Shown here piece after piece: positions 61,369 through 64,000 of a DNA stretch of 64,000 nucleotides (its first letter is position 1; the number at the start of each line of letters is the position of its first letter). The stretch covers positions 160,001 through 224,000 of the forward strand of contig CAWDYC010000005.1 of assembly GCA_963806535.1 (NCBI GenBank), read 5' to 3'. The DNA is from Candidatus Bathyarchaeota archaeon. Lineage in GTDB: Archaea > Thermoproteota > Bathyarchaeia > Bathyarchaeales > Bathycorpusculaceae. A program made the translations under genes and the position numbers. Under the pieces are notes generated by a model. That model was given only the letters and a program-made list of their open reading frames with translations, made no database searches and had not been told where the DNA came from.

Positions 61369-61979
61369 AACTTTTTACCCCACTTATTTGTGAAACAATA
61401 ATCTCCAAGAACTTTTCTAGTTGGCGCAATTGACTTCTCATCGGGGTAACCTAACGCAATCAACGCCTGAGGCTCAACCTCATCGGGAATTTTCAGCGCT
61501 GCCCTCACTGTTGCCTTGCAGAAGCTGGGGGCGCAGAACCAGCATGCACCCAACCCTTTAGCATGAGCCGTTAACAGCAAGTTTTGTATGGCCGCGCCTA
61601 AACTTTGCATCGCCAAATCACGCTCAACTTTCCGTCTTTCTTCGTCGGGCTGCTTGTACATGCCCTCCATTGTAGAACATGCGAGAATCACAACAGGCGC
61701 AGACGCAAACCTTTCAACCCTAACCCTGTGAATATCTTCTTCAATCTTGACGCCGTCTTTTGCCATATCCTCCGCCCAAGCCTCCGCCATAGCCTCAGCT
61801 AAATCTTTCTTTGCAGCCTCTTCAGTTAAAACTATGAACCGCCACGGCTGAGCATTGTGAGCTGAAGGAGCCCAACCAGCAGCTATCAAAATCTCTTCAA
61901 TTGAGCCTCGCGGAACGGGTTTGTTTTGGTACTTCCTGATACTTCGTCTATCTCTGATTATGTCGAATAGGTCTTGCAT
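61365..61979 (-). CDS. Nitroreductase family protein (FbiB C-terminal-like)
   Basis: RRSIRKY, APSAHNAQPWRF, AIQNLLL.AHAKGLGACW. Confidence 0.9.
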   Translation of the reverse strand: MQDLFDIIRDRRSIRKYQNKPVPRGSIEEILIAAGWAPSAHNAQPWRFIVLTEEAAKKDLAEAMAEAWAEDMAKDGVKIEEDIHRVRVERFASAPVVILACSTMEGMYKQPDEERRKVERDLAMQSLGAAIQNLLLTAHAKGLGACWFCAPSFCKATVRAALKIPDEVEPQALIALGYPDEKSIAPTRKVLGDYCFTNKWGKKF

Positions 61980-62020
61980 AAAAAAGAATATGCGCGTGTT
62001 GCTTTTTATCTCTTGACTGC

Positions 62021-63049
62021 TTAAGGGCGGTTGGGTTCCAAAATCACTTTCAATGATTGCCCTGCTTCAGCCATTAACCTGAAACCTTCCTGTGCCTCCA
62101 CTAAACTCAACCTATGTGTAATCATATCTTTGACATTAAGTTGTTTAGTTGCTAAGATACGCATTGAATCCGCCAAATCGTTTGGTGCAGCCCCATAACT
62201 TGTACGCATCGTGATCTCGTTTCTCCAAAATTGGTTAATTGGAACGGGCAGTTTTACGGTTGGGTCTGGCACTGCAAAAAACAATATCGTTCCTCCGTTT
62301 TCAACGCAATCTAGCGCTGATATGGCTGCAGAAGTGGCGCCTGTGCAGACGACAACTTGGTCGGCTAGCCTTCCAGCGTTGACTTCTTTGAGTCTCTGAG
62401 GCAAGTTCTCTTTTGCATTTAACACTTGGGTTGCACCGAATTTCTTAGCAAGATCAAGCCTGAAGGGGTTAATGTCAGCTACAAAGATGTTTTCGATTCC
62501 TTTGAACTTTGCAAGTTGCGTATGCAAAATTCCTGCGATGCCTCCGCCAATAATCAAAACAGTGTCATCCTTTTCTAATTCTGATAAGCGTTGACCTCGC
62601 GAAACACATGCTAATGGCTCAATAAACGTTCCTTCTTCAAAAGACATGTCATCTGGCAACTTGTAAATACCGAAATCTACGTTAATTTTTGGTACTCGAA
62701 CGTATTGTGAGAACCCGCCAGGATAATAATTTGTGGTGTGCAAAGTATGACAGGCTGTATGGTTGCCTCTTTGGCAGTAACGGCATTGATTGCAAGGAAC
62801 ATGGTGAGATACAAAAACTCTGTCGCCTACTTTGAGAGTTTTTACTTTGCTACCTACTTTATCGATTAAGCCTGTGGCTTCATGACCCAAAACAATTGGA
62901 GCCTTAGGAACACGGTACCACTCAATAACATCGCTACCGCATATGCCACTCGCCATAACCTTCAACAACGCTTCATCTTCGCCGATTTGAGGGATTGGCG
63001 CTTCCTCAATGCGAACGTCATGGTTGTTGTAGTAAACGCCGGTTAGCAA
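62021..63049 (-). CDS. Zinc-dependent medium-chain dehydrogenase (sorbitol/threonine DH-like)
   Basis: GICGSD, GHE, CNQCRYC..C, EPLAC, GGGIAG. Confidence 0.92.
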   Translation of the reverse strand: MLTGVYYNNHDVRIEEAPIPQIGEDEALLKVMASGICGSDVIEWYRVPKAPIVLGHEATGLIDKVGSKVKTLKVGDRVFVSHHVPCNQCRYCQRGNHTACHTLHTTNYYPGGFSQYVRVPKINVDFGIYKLPDDMSFEEGTFIEPLACVSRGQRLSELEKDDTVLIIGGGIAGILHTQLAKFKGIENIFVADINPFRLDLAKKFGATQVLNAKENLPQRLKEVNAGRLADQVVVCTGATSAAISALDCVENGGTILFFAVPDPTVKLPVPINQFWRNEITMRTSYGAAPNDLADSMRILATKQLNVKDMITHRLSLVEAQEGFRLMAEAGQSLKVILEPNRP

Positions 63050-63060
63050 TTTTTCACCGA

Positions 63061-63876
63061 TTAAAAAGAAAGTTTAGGTGAAGCTTTGCCTATTTTTACC
63101 TGATTATATAGGTCTAAGGCTTCTTGAGGTGTATAATTATCGTGTACAATTGCCCTTATTCCTCGAATTGCGGCGACAGGGTTCTCCGTTTGCCAAACAT
63201 TCCTACCCAAATTAACGCCTATAGCCCCTTTCTGCATTCCATCATAAACAAAGTCGAAAACTTCTTTTTGGGTTTCAGTTTTTGGTCCACCCGCCATAAC
63301 TACAGGAACTGGGCATCCGTCAACCACTTTCTCAAAGTTTTCTTTACAATAATATGTTTTAACGACACGAGCACCTATTTCGGCTGAGACTCTAGCAACC
63401 AACGCTAAATATCTGGCTTCACGTTTTTCAAGTTCTTTGCCGACGGCAGTAACTGCCATGACTGGTACGCCATAATCTTCGCAGTCGTCAACAAGTTTTG
63501 CTAGGTTGCTTAAACTTTTATTTTCATATTTTGTTCCTGCAAAAACGGACATTGAAACCGCTGATACATTTAATCTAAGTATTTCCTGAATTGATGTGAC
63601 GACGCTTTCGTTAGCTAGGTCTTCACCTACTACTGTTACTGCTCCTGAAACTCGCAGTATAATTGGTTTCTCTATCGCTGGGTCAATGCAATTCCGTAGA
63701 ACGCCTCTTGTAAGCATAATTGCATCCGCGTACTGGTAGATTGGTTTTAGTGTTTTCTCTGGCTTCTCAAGTCCATGCGTTGGACCTTGGAAGTAACCGT
63801 GGTCAACGGGCAAAAATAGGGCTTTTCCGTCTTTCTGGATGAGCCTTGTTAGCCTGTTTTTCATTCCCCAATCCAT
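63061..63876 (-). CDS. lsrF: LsrF-like / DhnA-family class I aldolase-thiolase
   Basis: MDWGMKNRL, DHGYFQGPT, TRGVLR, VKTYY, AGGPK, GRNVWQ; start at MDWG behind GGAG. Confidence 0.85.
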   Translation of the reverse strand: MDWGMKNRLTRLIQKDGKALFLPVDHGYFQGPTHGLEKPEKTLKPIYQYADAIMLTRGVLRNCIDPAIEKPIILRVSGAVTVVGEDLANESVVTSIQEILRLNVSAVSMSVFAGTKYENKSLSNLAKLVDDCEDYGVPVMAVTAVGKELEKREARYLALVARVSAEIGARVVKTYYCKENFEKVVDGCPVPVVMAGGPKTETQKEVFDFVYDGMQKGAIGVNLGRNVWQTENPVAAIRGIRAIVHDNYTPQEALDLYNQVKIGKASPKLSF

Positions 63877-64000
63877 AATCATTTCTCCGAGGAACCTTTT
63901 GGTTTTAGAATTAAATAACCTTTTTCTATCAGCCAATGGTGGAATTGCCATGTGGTGTATAGGCATTCGTTGCTACACTTCTGTCTTGTCTGCCCGTATG

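Overview
Archaeal chromosomal DNA. Bathyarchaeia is the most likely source, inferred from RadA, PurP pair, LysW, archaeal RqcH, an EF-2 paralog, Mvh/Hdr and anchored surface proteins. Many conserved genes, mostly in 1-26 kb and at ~50.5 kb, are split by single-base indels that look like long-read consensus errors. Content in order: (1) Liv-type ABC transporter with paaK and iorAB, where IorA carries an in-frame four-cluster ferredoxin insertion; (2) a variable patch with lysW, an RHH/RelE toxin-antitoxin pair and a flavin-reductase gene flanked by bacterial-type signals; (3) ACT protein and ADP-forming acyl-CoA synthetase-GNAT fusion; (4) a HoxEFUYH-like hydrogenase; (5) two tandem beta-helix surface proteins; (6) hdrCB-mvhGA and a maturation protease; (7) purE, purC and two purP; (8) an EF-2 paralog lacking the diphthamide loop, plus ogg; (9) an accessory region around tRNA-Ile2(CAT); (10) AOR with its ferredoxin, rqcH, an EMC6-like gene, radA, msrB, a Zn-dehydrogenase and lsrF. 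The best candidate for an undescribed system is in region 9. It holds two paralogous modules, each an exported N-anchored protein plus a membrane-bound LexA-like winged-helix regulator. Each module sits behind phased GTTC/GAAC boxes, and one shares a mirror-image promoter with a divergent MacB-type ABC/beta-propeller operon. All calls come from reading motifs by eye; no database searches were run.
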